Source of the DNA: Gomphosphaeria aponina SAG 52.96 = DSM 107014
GTDB lineage: Bacteria > Cyanobacteriota > Cyanobacteriia > Cyanobacteriales > Gomphosphaeriaceae
Direction of reading: 5' to 3'
Length of the DNA stretch: 49,101 nucleotides
NCBI GenBank assembly: GCA_016903655.1
Contig: JADQBC010000004.1
Span: 1 to 49,101 of the forward strand
Shown here: one piece after another, positions 7,844 to 18,719 of the stretch
Layout of the letters: each line of letters opens with the position of its first letter
Position numbering within the stretch: position 1 is the first letter of the stretch
Translations under genes and position numbers: made by a program
Notes under the pieces: generated by a model
Told to the model about the DNA's origin: nothing
Seen by the model: only the letters and a program-made list of their open reading frames with translations
Database searches by the model: none

Positions 7844-9370
7844 TTAATCATTAACGATGATGGTTGCAGGCCTTGCCCTACGGGCATCGATGCTTACTTG
7901 ACTAAGTAATTTCCCATTCTGAGTTACTAAAGAAGTAGCTTGAGCTTCACTCCAACGAACCATCCAAGAAGGTTGAAGACCGAGAAGAAAGATGAGGGTC
8001 ATCAAGACAAAAGCAGGAGCGCGATCGCCAAACTGAACTGGGGGTAAATGGGCCAAATGGTCAGGGAGACGACCAAAAAAGACACGGTTAATAACCAACA
8101 AGAAATAGACAGCAGTTAAACCAGTACCCACGAGACATAAAAGAGTTTGGACAGGAAACAGAGGAAAACTGCCACGAAACACCAAAAATTCAGCAATAAA
8201 TCCCACCATTCCAGGAATACCAGAACTAGCCATCACCCCCAAAATCATCAAACTCCCAACCAGAGGAAGACCCCTTTGGGGGTTAAGCAAACCCCGTAGA
8301 GAATTAACATCACGAGTGCCTGTTTTATTATAGACAACTCCAACCAGGAGAAACAACAAAGCCGAAATTAAGCCATGACTAACCATTTGGAAGACAGCAG
8401 CAGTTAAACTCAGAGGAGTAGTAGCAGCGGCTGCGAGTAAAATATAAGCCATGTGAGCAATGGAAGAGTAAGCTACAACCTTTTTCATATCCTGTTGAGC
8501 GATCGCACAGCAAGCACCATACAAAGCGCTTACTGCAGCCAGACTAGCCAACCAAGGGGCCAAAACCACCCAACCATCAAGGAAAAACCCAACCCCAAAC
8601 CTTAACAAACCATAAGTACCCAACTTTAAAAGTACACCAGCCAATAAAACAGAAATGGGAGTAGAAGCCTCTACGTGAGCATCAGGCAACCAAGTATGGA
8701 AAGGGAAGATGGGAATTTTAATAAACAAACCCACCAAAAGAGGAGCCAGGAGTAAAAGTTGTGTTTCTACAGGCAGATTATTAGAGAGTAAAGGTGCATA
8801 ATCAAAATTAGAAGCCCCAGTCAGCCATACCAGACCCAAAAAAGAAGCCAGGACTAAAAAACCCGAAACCGCCGTATAGAGGAGAAACTTCATCGCCGCA
8901 TAACCACGGCGTTTCCCCCCCCAAATAGCAATTAAGAAATATAAAGGGACAATTTCGAGTTCATAGAAAAGGAAAAACAATAATAAGTCTTGAGCCAAAA
9001 AAGCCCCAGCCGCCCCTGCACTGAGGACAAACAAGAGAGAATAGTATAATTGCGGGCGCTCCAAGGACTTATTGCTGCTGGCGATCGCCATTAAAGTCAG
9101 CAGACTATTGAGAAAAAGCAAAGGCAAAGATAGACCATCAATACCGAGATGATAGTTCAAACCCAACCACTCGATCCAAGAGAAATATTCAGAAAATTGA
9201 ATTTCAGCTACCTTGGTATCAAACTGAAACCCCAGGATAATATTCAAGCTCAATAGGCCACTAGCGATTATCAAAGCTATTGAACGAACTTTTTCCCCTG
9301 CCCTGTTTCCAGGCCAAAACCCGATGAGTGCAGCCCCCAACAATGGCAACCAAATAAATGCACTAAGCAT
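7844..9370 (-). CDS. ndhD4: NDH-1 subunit NdhD4 (CO2 uptake)
   Basis: NuoM-like: LFFLFYELEIVP, PFHTWLPDAHVEAS, KKVVAYSSIAHM. Lies between ndhF4 and cupB. Confidence 0.9.
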   Translation of the reverse strand: MLSAFIWLPLLGAALIGFWPGNRAGEKVRSIALIIASGLLSLNIILGFQFDTKVAEIQFSEYFSWIEWLGLNYHLGIDGLSLPLLFLNSLLTLMAIASSNKSLERPQLYYSLLFVLSAGAAGAFLAQDLLLFFLFYELEIVPLYFLIAIWGGKRRGYAAMKFLLYTAVSGFLVLASFLGLVWLTGASNFDYAPLLSNNLPVETQLLLLAPLLVGLFIKIPIFPFHTWLPDAHVEASTPISVLLAGVLLKLGTYGLLRFGVGFFLDGWVVLAPWLASLAAVSALYGACCAIAQQDMKKVVAYSSIAHMAYILLAAAATTPLSLTAAVFQMVSHGLISALLFLLVGVVYNKTGTRDVNSLRGLLNPQRGLPLVGSLMILGVMASSGIPGMVGFIAEFLVFRGSFPLFPVQTLLCLVGTGLTAVYFLLVINRVFFGRLPDHLAHLPPVQFGDRAPAFVLMTLIFLLGLQPSWMVRWSEAQATSLVTQNGKLLSQVSIDARRARPATIIVND

Positions 9371-9388
9371 TTTTTATTTTTTCCTCCA

Positions 9389-11287
9389 TTAATAGATAGA
9401 CGACCAATAATTGATTAACACCGACCACTGACCACTGATAACCAACCCAAGTAATACACTTATACCTACCACCATAGTCAGTATGTAAAACTGAGACTGA
9501 CCCGAAACATTATATTTCAGGGAATTACCGCTCAAAATAGTTGCCAGACTCACCAAATTCACTGCACCATCAACTAGATAACGGTCAACCCAGGCAGTTA
9601 ATTTAGACAAACTTGAGACCGCCCAAACCACAGTTAGGTTATATACCCGCTCCAAGTAAAAATCATAAGCAAACAAATCCTGGAAAAAACGCAAATAAAA
9701 TTGAGTAGGTCTTGCCCAACCTCTACGCAATTCAACAGTTAAACCCAAGACACAGCCCACCAGACCTGATGTAATTAAAAGTGGTACAGCCAACTGAACA
9801 ACAACTTGATCATTGTTATATAAAGGAGTAGTGGGACTAAGCCAGAAAGGCCACAACATAGGTATAGCGGGAGTTATCAGATTAAATACCGTCAAACTTA
9901 CCATGGGGAAAGCCATTGGCCAGGCCACCTCTGGAGTACGTCTCGTTTTCATTTGGGGTTTTCCCAAAAAAACGAGACGAAAGACACGAGTTAAATTCAA
10001 AGCACTGAGAGTATTAACAAACAGCAAAATTCCCAGTAGCCACCAGTTTACAGCCCAAGAGCCATTAAACCAACGAGCGAGGGTCCAAAAAGTTCCCAGG
10101 GGCAGCAAACAGATTAAACCAGCACTGCCAACCACAAAAGCAGTAGTAGTTGCTGGCATTCGCGACCAAAGGCCCCCCATTTCCGTAATATTCTGGTTAC
10201 TGGTAGTCATAATCAAGCTACCAGCACTCATAAACAAAAGAGCCTTAGCAATAGCATGGGTAAAGAGTAACAAAAAAGCGATATCGATATGACCCAAGCC
10301 CACAGAGATAAAGACCAAACCCAAATAAGCACTGGTAGAATGACACAGAGCACGTTTAATATCAATTTGAGCAAGAGCCATCAAAGAAGTAGCGATCGCC
10401 GTTACCGTCCCAATAATAATCAGAGCAGAAGAAGAGACAGGGGAGAGAGTAAAAACAGGCTGGAGTTTAATCAAAACATAAGCACCTGCTGATACGACGA
10501 TAGAATTACGCATAATGCCAGCGGGGTTAGGGCCTTCCATGGCCTCATCCAGCCAGAGATTAAGAGGAAATTGAGCGCATTTCCCAGTGGGGCCAGCAAT
10601 TAAAGACAAACCCAACAAAGCTGAGGTGAGAGGAGGTAAAGGAGAGGTTGCGGCCCAACTTTCCAATTGAGAGAAAGTCAGACCTTCCCCGTAACTTGAA
10701 ATTGCCACAACTCCCATAAGCAGAATAATATCTCCCACCCGTTTAGTCAAAAAAGCATCTCGAGCAGCAGTCACCACAAGAGGTTGAGCATACCAGAAGC
10801 CTACCAAGAGATAAGTAGAGAGAGTAAGCATTTCCAAGAAACCATAACTCAGTAACAAAGAGTCACTAATAGCGATACCACTTAATGCAGCCTCAAACAA
10901 ACCCATCAAACCATAGAACCGAGCCAAAGACCAATCCTTTTCCAGATACCCCAGGGCGAAGAGTTGTGCGAGCAGACCAATACCCGTCACCACCTCCATT
11001 GCGCCCAGAGTGAGTGGAGAAATTTCAATTGCCAGAGACAAATCCAAGTCAGCCACTTGCAACCAGTGATAGACTATTTGTAACTGCTGGTCTTTTTGAT
11101 GCCAAATTGCTCTAAAAGCCAAAGAACCGTGAACAAAAGCCAGGAAAGTCATCAAAAGATTGAAATAGGCTGCAGGTCTAGGGCCCGTCCGCCGTATCAT
11201 TCCCAAAGACCAAGGCAGAGTCAAAACTGCTCCGAGCAAACCATAAAAAGGGATAAACCAACTTATCTGAAATAAAAAATCTGCCAT
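9389..11287 (-). CDS. ndhF4: NDH-1 subunit NdhF4 (CO2 uptake)
   Basis: RRTGPRPAAYFN, GKCAQFPLNLWLDEAMEGPNPA and DFYLERVY, typical of NdhF3/F4. Context with cupB indicates F4. Confidence 0.9.
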   Translation of the reverse strand: MADFLFQISWFIPFYGLLGAVLTLPWSLGMIRRTGPRPAAYFNLLMTFLAFVHGSLAFRAIWHQKDQQLQIVYHWLQVADLDLSLAIEISPLTLGAMEVVTGIGLLAQLFALGYLEKDWSLARFYGLMGLFEAALSGIAISDSLLLSYGFLEMLTLSTYLLVGFWYAQPLVVTAARDAFLTKRVGDIILLMGVVAISSYGEGLTFSQLESWAATSPLPPLTSALLGLSLIAGPTGKCAQFPLNLWLDEAMEGPNPAGIMRNSIVVSAGAYVLIKLQPVFTLSPVSSSALIIIGTVTAIATSLMALAQIDIKRALCHSTSAYLGLVFISVGLGHIDIAFLLLFTHAIAKALLFMSAGSLIMTTSNQNITEMGGLWSRMPATTTAFVVGSAGLICLLPLGTFWTLARWFNGSWAVNWWLLGILLFVNTLSALNLTRVFRLVFLGKPQMKTRRTPEVAWPMAFPMVSLTVFNLITPAIPMLWPFWLSPTTPLYNNDQVVVQLAVPLLITSGLVGCVLGLTVELRRGWARPTQFYLRFFQDLFAYDFYLERVYNLTVVWAVSSLSKLTAWVDRYLVDGAVNLVSLATILSGNSLKYNVSGQSQFYILTMVVGISVLLGLVISGQWSVLINYWSSIY

Positions 11288-11348
11288 CCAAACTGTCCTT
11301 TAGTACAATATTCTTACAGTTTTAAATTATTTTTCTAATTAATCTGTG

Positions 11349-11376
11349 ACCATACATTTAATGGTCGTTTTGTCAA
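11349..11376 (-). promoter_or_regulatory. Putative ndhF4 promoter
   Basis: TTGACA-16 nt-TATGGT on the minus strand. Confidence 0.4.
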
Positions 11377-11706
11377 GAGGGAAAATTTTCCCAATTTTAG
11401 GTATTATGACTTATTAGGTTTTTTCAAGCTGGACTAAAAAGAGGATTAGACCACCCAGAGTGAGCCTAGCTTTGAGGGAGAGTTTTTTTTTGCCAATTGC
11501 TGCCCTTACAGGGGAATAAGTTAGACTTTCCCAAGTTCGCAGTTACAAACTCAATGGTCAGCCGTTTGAAGATAATATTAAGAAATTATAAAACAGTTTA
11601 ACCCCTTTGAGCTACCAAATTCTGCCTTTTGCAGGGATTGAGGACAAAGCGGGGAAGTATTAAATTTGATTAAGTCTGAGATAACGAAATATCATAATGA
11701 TTTCTC

Positions 11707-11735
11707 TTGTCAAAGGTGTCAAGGTTGCCTATGAT
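11707..11735 (+). promoter_or_regulatory. Putative ccmK operon promoter
   Basis: TTGTCA-17 nt-TATGAT, ~190 nt upstream of ccmK2. Confidence 0.5.
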
Positions 11736-11930
11736 TAATTCCAGAGCGATAAACTAGCTACTTTCGTGCTGGAGTTTTTTGCAGCCCCTTGATGAAAGGG
11801 AACTGTGTCAGGGGAAAACACAGCGGGATTAGTCTAATAAACAAATTCACTCACAAAATCTACAAAATTCAAGAAAACTCGCGGTGAGTTTAATGTCTCA
11901 AACAAGGATAAGAAGAAGAGGAAATCAAAG

Positions 11931-12242
11931 ATGTCAATTGCAGTAGGAATGATCGAAACACTGGGCTTTCCCGCAGTGGTGGAAGCAGCAGATGCGATGG
12001 TCAAAGCAGCCCGCGTGACCCTGGTAGGCTACGAAAAAATCGGGACAGGTAGAGTGACAGTAATAGTACGTGGGGACGTATCCGAAGTGCAAGCATCAGT
12101 GAGCGCAGGGATTGAAGCGGCAAATCGGGTGAATGGAGGAGAAGTACTTTCAACCCATATTATTGCCCGTCCCCACGAAAACTTGGAGTATGTGCTACCT
12201 ATTCGGTACACAGAAGAAGTAGAACAGTTCCGAGCTTATTAG
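11931..12242 (+). CDS. ccmK2: Carboxysome shell hexamer CcmK2
   Basis: [29 protein letters not shown]. 103 aa with a short C-terminus. Confidence 0.95.
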   Translation: MSIAVGMIETLGFPAVVEAADAMVKAARVTLVGYEKIGTGRVTVIVRGDVSEVQASVSAGIEAANRVNGGEVLSTHIIARPHENLEYVLPIRYTEEVEQFRAY

Positions 12243-12329
12243 AGGTCTGGAGAAAGGCAGTAGTCAAGAGTAAAGCAAAAAGACAGAGTGGTGGCTACTG
12301 TCCGCATAACAACATAGGAGTTAAATTGA

Positions 12330-12668
12330 ATGTCAATCGCAGTAGGAATGATAGAAACACTGGGCTTTCCCGCAGTGGTGGAAGCAGCAGATGCAATGGT
12401 GAAAGCAGCCCGCGTGACCCTGGTAGGGTATGAAAAAATCGGGACAGGTAGGGTGACAGTAATAGTACGTGGAGACGTATCCGAAGTACAAGCATCAGTG
12501 ATGGCAGGAATAGAAAATGTGAGACGGGTGAATGGAGGTCAAGTACTATCCCACCACATTATTGCTCGTCCCCATGAAAACCTGGAGTACGTGTTACCAA
12601 TACGGTACACAGAAGAGGTGGAGCAGTTCAGGGAAAGTGTGAACCCACAATCAATGAGAAGACCATAA
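12330..12668 (+). CDS. ccmK1: Carboxysome shell hexamer CcmK1
   Basis: Same BMC domain with a C-terminal extension ([11 protein letters not shown]). 112 aa. Confidence 0.93.
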   Translation: MSIAVGMIETLGFPAVVEAADAMVKAARVTLVGYEKIGTGRVTVIVRGDVSEVQASVMAGIENVRRVNGGQVLSHHIIARPHENLEYVLPIRYTEEVEQFRESVNPQSMRRP

Positions 12669-12671
12669 GTA

Positions 12672-12986
12672 ATGCAAATTGCCAAAGTACATGGTACAGT
12701 GGTAAGCACTCAGAAAAATCACAGTCTCACAGGAGTAAAACTACTCCTGTTGCAATATATAGATGATGGTGGAAAGCTACTGCATAAATATGAAGTGGCA
12801 GGAGATCGGGTGGGGGCTGGGATAGGTGAGTGGGTGCTAGTCACTAGGGGCAGCGCTGCAAGAATTGATCAGGGAAACGAAGTAATACCCATCGATGCAA
12901 TGGTGGTGGGGATAATTGATACCGTGACAGTAGAGAAAGGGCTGCTATATAGCAAAAAAGATGAAGAGCGTTTGAGACAAAGGTGA
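12672..12986 (+). CDS. ccmL: Carboxysome vertex pentamer CcmL
   Basis: MQIAKVHGTVVSTQK, VGAGIGEWVLVTRGSAAR, IDAMVVGIID. Confidence 0.96.
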   Translation: MQIAKVHGTVVSTQKNHSLTGVKLLLLQYIDDGGKLLHKYEVAGDRVGAGIGEWVLVTRGSAARIDQGNEVIPIDAMVVGIIDTVTVEKGLLYSKKDEERLRQR

Positions 12987-13047
12987 GGATGAGTTCCTGA
13001 GGGCCCGAAAGTGAAAAAGAAAACAAGAAGATGGAGGAAGATTATCA

Positions 13048-15018
13048 ATGGTAGTCGGCAACATGGCGGCTTCCACAGCTCCCTGGTCGAAAAATTTGGC
13101 TGAACCCAAAATAGATGAAAGCGCCTACGTGCATTCATTCTCCAATTTAATCGGAGATGTTTATGTGGGAGCAAAGGTGTTGATAGCTCCAGGAACTTCG
13201 ATCAGGGCAGATGAGGGGCATCCATTTTATATCGGAGAAGCAACGAATATTCAAGATGGGGTGGTCATTCATGGCCTGGAAAAAGGTCGGGTGGTAGGGG
13301 ATGATGGCAGAGAATATTCAGTTTGGATCGGGCAGCAAACGGGCATCACCCACATGGCACTAATTCATGGGCCAGCTTATGTGGGAGATAACTGCTTCAT
13401 CGGTTTCCGCTCAACAATATTTAATGCAAGGGTGGGAAAAGGTTGTATTGTGATGATGCACGCTCTGGTTCAAGATGTGGAAATTCCCCCAGGGAAATAT
13501 GTACCATCAGGAGCAGTGATAACAAACCAGGAACAGGCAGATCGTCTGCCAGATGTGGAGGAAGGCGATCGCCTTTTCGCCGACCATGTGATAGAAATCA
13601 ATGAGGTAATGCTGGCAGGTTATAAATGTGCGGCAGATGCGGCTTGTATCAATCCAATTCAAAATGAGCTGAGTGGCTCGGAAAATGGCTCTAATGGGAA
13701 AGTAGAAGAAAAGATGAGTATAAATGCAGATATCAGAACCCAGGTGCGTAGTCTCCTGAACCAAGGATATAAAATTGGGACAGAATACGCAGATGAACGT
13801 CGGTTTAAAACAAAATCTTGGCTAAGTGGGTCTTCAATTCAAGGTAAGCGGGAAGACCAAGTGGTGGGAGAACTCTCCGCAGTTATGGCAGAACACCCAG
13901 GAGAATATGTACGCTTCATTGGGATTGACCCAAATGCAAAACGGCGGGTTTTGGAAGTAATTATTCAACGACCCCAGGATGCACCAGCACAGGTCGGGGC
14001 TAGTAAAACACCAGCCCCAAGTTATAGCAATGGTCAGGGAAATCATAGTAGCAGTAATGGAAGCGTTGGTTCTAACATAGAAGAACAAGTGCGTAGTCTC
14101 ATTACCCAGGGTTATAAAATTGGCATCGAACACGCTGATAAACGCCGCTTTCAAACTAAGTCGTGGCTGACTGACTCTACCATCGAAACTACCAGAGTTG
14201 CAGACGCAGTGAGAGCTTTGGAAGCAAGCATGGCAGAACACACAGGGGAATATGTCCGCCTCATTGGGATTGACCCCCATGCCAAACGGCGGGTGTTAGA
14301 AGCAATTATCCAAAGACCTGATGACAGTCCCGAGCAGTTATCTCACAAAACTTCTGCTCCAACCAACAAGAGTGTAAGTGCGCCAAGTAGCAATGGGTTA
14401 AGTGCAGAAACGATTGACGAAGTGCGGAATCTGTTGGCAGCAGGATACAAGATTGGCACAGAACACGCCGATAAGCGTCGGTTTCAAACCAAGTCTTGGC
14501 ATAGTTGCTCACCCATTGAAAGTACTCGCGAGTCTGAAGTAATAGCAGCTCTTCTGAACTGTATGCAGGAACACGCAGGGGAATATGTACGACTGTTAGG
14601 CATCGACCCACGAGCCAAACGTCGGGTGTCTGAGAAGATTATTCAACGCCCAGGAAATAATTCAGGACCATCTCAGCCTGCTGCTGCCCCTACAGCTACC
14701 CCTACTTACAACAGTTCTAATGGCAATGGGACAAGTAGTAAAAATGCTACAACCAGCAAATTGGATCCAGAAATAGTAACTCAGGTGCGTGGTCTCCTCA
14801 ACCAAGGGTATAAAATCGGCACGGAACACGCTGACAAGCGTCGGTTTCAAACCAAGTCTTGGCACAGTTGTTCCCCCATTGAGAGTACGCGCGAGTCTGA
14901 AGTCTTGTCAGCCCTTGAAGGTTGTTTACAGGAACACGCAGGGGAATATGTGCGCCTGATTGGGATAGATCCAAGTGTAAAACGTCGGGTCTTGGAAACT
15001 GTTATTCAACGCCCATAG
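13048..15018 (+). CDS. ccmM: CcmM: gamma-carbonic anhydrase domain plus four RbcS-like (SSUL) repeats
   Basis: [28 protein letters not shown]. Four GYKIGxExADxRRFxTKSW...QRP modules. Confidence 0.97.
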   Translation: MVVGNMAASTAPWSKNLAEPKIDESAYVHSFSNLIGDVYVGAKVLIAPGTSIRADEGHPFYIGEATNIQDGVVIHGLEKGRVVGDDGREYSVWIGQQTGITHMALIHGPAYVGDNCFIGFRSTIFNARVGKGCIVMMHALVQDVEIPPGKYVPSGAVITNQEQADRLPDVEEGDRLFADHVIEINEVMLAGYKCAADAACINPIQNELSGSENGSNGKVEEKMSINADIRTQVRSLLNQGYKIGTEYADERRFKTKSWLSGSSIQGKREDQVVGELSAVMAEHPGEYVRFIGIDPNAKRRVLEVIIQRPQDAPAQVGASKTPAPSYSNGQGNHSSSNGSVGSNIEEQVRSLITQGYKIGIEHADKRRFQTKSWLTDSTIETTRVADAVRALEASMAEHTGEYVRLIGIDPHAKRRVLEAIIQRPDDSPEQLSHKTSAPTNKSVSAPSSNGLSAETIDEVRNLLAAGYKIGTEHADKRRFQTKSWHSCSPIESTRESEVIAALLNCMQEHAGEYVRLLGIDPRAKRRVSEKIIQRPGNNSGPSQPAAAPTATPTYNSSNGNGTSSKNATTSKLDPEIVTQVRGLLNQGYKIGTEHADKRRFQTKSWHSCSPIESTRESEVLSALEGCLQEHAGEYVRLIGIDPSVKRRVLETVIQRP

Positions 15019-15021
15019 TTG

Positions 15022-15077
15022 GGTCATTGGTCATTGGTCATTGGTCATTGGTCATTGGTCATTGGTCATTGGTCATT
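15022..15077 (+). repeat. Heptamer tandem repeat (GGTCATT)x8, STRR-like
   Basis: Eight perfect units immediately after the ccmM stop. Confidence 0.9.
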
Positions 15078-15179
15078 GGTACTAAGATGCCGATGCTCAG
15101 AACTAATGACTAATGGGGGAAGGATGCGCAAAACCCTAGGAATGACGAATGACTATGGACTATAGACTATGGAATAATT

Positions 15180-15914
15180 ATGTATTTTCAAATACGAGAA
15201 AGGGTCAGTAACTCGGAGATTTATACTGTCGGGGATGTCACGATTCATTCTGAGGCAATCATAGCTCCAGGAGTAATTTTGCAAGCTGCTCCTGGTAGTA
15301 AAATTGTGATTCGTTCTGGGGCTTGTATTGGTATGGGAGTGATTCTCAAAGCCTATCAAGGAACTTTAACAATAGAAAGTGGTGTAATTTTGGGAGCGGG
15401 AGTTTTGGTGGTGGGCTTTGGCACAATAGGTAAAAATGCCTGTGTTGGCACTGCAAGTACTATTTTTAATGCTTCGGTTGACTCAATGGCTGTGCTGAGT
15501 CCTGGTTCATTGATTGGTGATACTTCTCGTCAAGTTGGGGAGCTAAAAGAAGCTGAGAATGTTAATTCTGTGAAAGAGAAAGTACCGCCCCCGACAGAAG
15601 AGGAGGGAGAAAGTGACTCATTTTGGGAAGACCACTGGATCGCCACAGAAGAAAGTGTAGAAAATCTCCCAGGGCCATCTTTGGAAAAGGGGGAGACTAA
15701 GGCAACAGCCGCTGTTAAGAGTAATCCAAATCAAGAGGAGACAGCAATAGAAGCCGCAGAGTTGAAAACAGAGGTACTCAAGAATGGAATTAACTCTGAG
15801 TCTTCCCCAGAAAAAGGAAATACCCCTGCAATTGGTAAAGTTTACATTAACAATCTATTAGTAACTCTTTTCCCCCACCGTCAACCATTAAATAATCAAA
15901 ATCAAGATAGTTAG
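15180..15914 (+). CDS. ccmN: Carboxysome assembly protein CcmN
   Basis: Hexapeptide repeats (GDVTIH..AIIAPGVILQA, GACIGMG) and C-terminal encapsulation peptide IGKVYINNLLVTLFPH. Confidence 0.93.
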   Translation: MYFQIRERVSNSEIYTVGDVTIHSEAIIAPGVILQAAPGSKIVIRSGACIGMGVILKAYQGTLTIESGVILGAGVLVVGFGTIGKNACVGTASTIFNASVDSMAVLSPGSLIGDTSRQVGELKEAENVNSVKEKVPPPTEEEGESDSFWEDHWIATEESVENLPGPSLEKGETKATAAVKSNPNQEETAIEAAELKTEVLKNGINSESSPEKGNTPAIGKVYINNLLVTLFPHRQPLNNQNQDS

Positions 15915-15928
15915 GGGATAAAAAAAAG

Positions 15929-16044
15929 GGCGTTGCTGAATTGAACTTAAAGTAGCGGAGAAGGGAGTAGGGAGTGGGGAGAGGGTTTGAGTTGGGTTAG
16001 TATTTTTTGTAAATATATAATTCATAACTCAATTCAGCAACGCC
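15929..16044. mobile_element. 116-bp MITE family B with 16-bp TIR and 8-bp TSD
   Basis: GGCGTTGCTGAATTGA...TCAATTCAGCAACGCC, flanked by AAAAAAAG at 15921-15928 and 16045-16052. Confidence 0.88.
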
Positions 16045-16151
16045 AAAAAAAGCAGTTAATGGGCAGAGCTAAAAGCTAGAGAAAAAAATTCCCCTAAATT
16101 ATTTAGATAAAGTTAGGCTAAATAAAGCTGAATGTCTCTCAGGAAAACAGA

Positions 16152-16177
16152 CTGTGATACTCATGATTAAATGAGGA
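16152..16177 (+). repeat. ~49-bp dispersed repeat, partial copy B
   Basis: CTGTGATACTCATGATTAAATGAGGA. Confidence 0.75.
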
Positions 16178-16797
16178 GGAGGATGGTACTTGATAAAGTT
16201 GAAATAGGCAGTAGGAAATTTAGAGATTTTTGAGTGTGAAAACTCAAGTTTTAAACCTTGCACAGTATAGATTAGGGTCATCTATTATTTTAAGTGACAG
16301 AATCTATAAATACGAACTTAAAACTCTATCCTGAGCTCAAATTTCAAATAATTAAAAGCTCTCAAATCTTCACCTGAGCCAGAATATTAAAAATTGTATA
16401 GTTGGGGCTGTCTTGCAGGTAGTTAGGTAAAGCAAACAATAGAACTAGATTAACCGTTAGCTATGATTGACGGCTGTTTTTCCTGGCAATTTACTAAGTC
16501 AAAAAGCTTAACAAAATGTAATAAAAAGGTGGGGAAACTTGCTATAAGTTTAACTAATATCCCAGAGAAAAAATTCCAATCTAAATTCAGTGGGAAAAAA
16601 TAAAATTTTTTGAGAAAAAAGCATTCATTCCATGTTAGGATGAAAACTCGAAAAACAGATAAACCGATAAACAGTTGATTTCTAACTGGCGGCGAATTTT
16701 CTAAGCATTTTTCTCCCTGGGAGCACAGAGAAGCGCACAAATCGCTCTCGACTTGACGAGTGGGAAATAAATATTTTGTATATGGAGAAATAACCAG

Positions 16798-18210
16798 ATG
16801 GTACAAGTTAAAGCAGGGTTTAAGGCAGGTGTACAAGATTACCGCCTAACCTACTACACCCCAGACTATACACCCAAAGATACAGATTTACTAGCTTGCT
16901 TTCGGGTAACGCCCCAACCAGGTGTGCCTCCCGAAGAAGCTGGGGCTGCTGTAGCTGCTGAATCTTCTACAGGAACATGGACAACAGTATGGACTGATGG
17001 ACTGACTGATCTAGATCGCTATAAAGGTCGTTGCTATGACATCGAACCAGTTCAAGGTGAAGATAACCAGTTTTTCTGCTTTATCGCTTATCCTCTAGAT
17101 CTATTTGAAGAAGGTTCAGTCACCAATATGTTGACCTCCATTGTGGGGAACGTATTTGGTTTTAAAGCACTGCGTGGGCTGCGTCTGGAAGACTTGCGGG
17201 TTCCTGTTGCTTATCTGAAAACTTTCCAAGGCCCTCCTCACGGGATTACTGTAGAACGGGATTTACTGAACAAGTATGGTCGTCCCCTGCTCGGTTGCAC
17301 CATTAAGCCTAAGTTAGGTCTATCTGCGAAAAACTATGGTCGTGCAGTTTATGAATGTCTGCGCGGTGGTCTAGACTTCACCAAAGATGACGAAAATATT
17401 AACTCCCAGCCCTTTATGCGCTGGCGCGATCGCTTCCTCTTCGTTGCTGATGCTATTCACAAAGCGCAAGCAGAAACTAACGAAATCAAAGGACACTACC
17501 TCAACGTTACTGCCCCGACTCTCGAAGAAATGCTGAAGCGGGCTGAGTTTGCTAAAGAACTCAAAATGCCGATCATCATGCACGACTACCTCACAGGTGG
17601 TTTCACCGCTAACACTACTCTCGCTCGCTGGTGTCGTGATAACGGCATACTGCTCCACATTCACCGCGCAATGCACGCAGTAATTGACCGTCAGAAAAAT
17701 CATGGGATGCACTTCCGTGTACTAGCTAAGTGTTTACGGATGTCTGGTGGTGATCACCTCCACTCTGGGACTGTTGTAGGTAAGCTCGAAGGTGAACGTG
17801 GTATTACTATGGGTTTTGTTGACCTCATGCGGGAAGACTACGTGGAAGAAGATCGCTCCCGTGGTATTTTCTTTACCCAAGACTGGGCTTCTATGGCTGG
17901 AGTGATGCCCGTAGCTTCTGGTGGTATTCACGTATGGCATATGCCAGCCCTAGTAGAAATCTTTGGAGATGATTCTTGCTTACAGTTTGGTGGTGGTACT
18001 CTGGGACACCCCTGGGGGAATGCTCCTGGTGCAACCGCTAACCGTGTAGCTTTGGAAGCTTGTATCCAAGCTCGTAACGAAGGTCGTTCTCTCGCTCGCG
18101 AAGGGAACGATGTAATACGAGAAGCTGCTCGCTGGTCTCCTGAACTTGCCGCTGCTTGCGAACTTTGGAAAGAAATCAAGTTCGAGTTTGAAGCGATGGA
18201 TACACTCTAA
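16798..18210 (+). CDS. rbcL: RuBisCO large subunit, form IB
   Basis: [23 protein letters not shown]. Confidence 0.99.
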   Translation: MVQVKAGFKAGVQDYRLTYYTPDYTPKDTDLLACFRVTPQPGVPPEEAGAAVAAESSTGTWTTVWTDGLTDLDRYKGRCYDIEPVQGEDNQFFCFIAYPLDLFEEGSVTNMLTSIVGNVFGFKALRGLRLEDLRVPVAYLKTFQGPPHGITVERDLLNKYGRPLLGCTIKPKLGLSAKNYGRAVYECLRGGLDFTKDDENINSQPFMRWRDRFLFVADAIHKAQAETNEIKGHYLNVTAPTLEEMLKRAEFAKELKMPIIMHDYLTGGFTANTTLARWCRDNGILLHIHRAMHAVIDRQKNHGMHFRVLAKCLRMSGGDHLHSGTVVGKLEGERGITMGFVDLMREDYVEEDRSRGIFFTQDWASMAGVMPVASGGIHVWHMPALVEIFGDDSCLQFGGGTLGHPWGNAPGATANRVALEACIQARNEGRSLAREGNDVIREAARWSPELAAACELWKEIKFEFEAMDTL

Positions 18211-18302
18211 TGAGTGGATAGTTGTTAGTTATGAGTTTGATCTTAAATAACTAATAACTAACAATTCCCTTTAGAGGTCCCTGTTGGGATAGGTAGGCAT
18301 AA

Positions 18303-18695
18303 ATGCATCCAAAACAAGTAGCTCAAGAAACTGCAAAAGTTTTACAAAGTTACCTGACTTATCAGGCAGTACGCACTATTATCAATCAGTTGTCAGAAAC
18401 CAACCCGACTCAGGCAATTTGGTTGAGTCAGTACTCCTCTGGGAATACAATTCAGGATGGAGAAGCGTATTTGGAAGGATTGATGCTGGAACACAAGGAT
18501 TTAGTACTGCGGATTATGACTGTTAGACAACATTTAGCAGAACAAGTCCTGGAATTTCTCCCAGAAATGGTGCGTACTGGGATTGAGCAGGCTAATTTAG
18601 AACGTCGCCGTCAGCTATTGGAACGTCTCACCCAGTCCCAACCCTCAACGTCTGTCTCAGATACTGAGTTAGATGTGAATGAATCTTCTGACTAA
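18303..18695 (+). CDS. rbcX: RuBisCO assembly chaperone RbcX
   Basis: LQSYLTYQAVR, QLSETNP, LRIMTVR. Lies between rbcL and rbcS. Confidence 0.97.
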   Translation: MHPKQVAQETAKVLQSYLTYQAVRTIINQLSETNPTQAIWLSQYSSGNTIQDGEAYLEGLMLEHKDLVLRIMTVRQHLAEQVLEFLPEMVRTGIEQANLERRRQLLERLTQSQPSTSVSDTELDVNESSD

Positions 18696-18719
18696 CCATT
18701 TAGTTTCTCATAAAAATAG

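Noticed and set aside
11931-12668. Near-identical ccmK tandem as a novel duplication
   Set aside because: This is the ordinary ccmK2/ccmK1 pair.
14922-15113. 63-aa ORF with SLVIGHW repeats
   Set aside because: It is a translation of the GGTCATT heptamer array overlapping the end of ccmM.
16450-16836. 128-aa minus-strand ORF upstream of rbcL
   Set aside because: It overlaps the rbcL start and promoter antisense, has Phe-rich low-complexity composition, and shows no motif.
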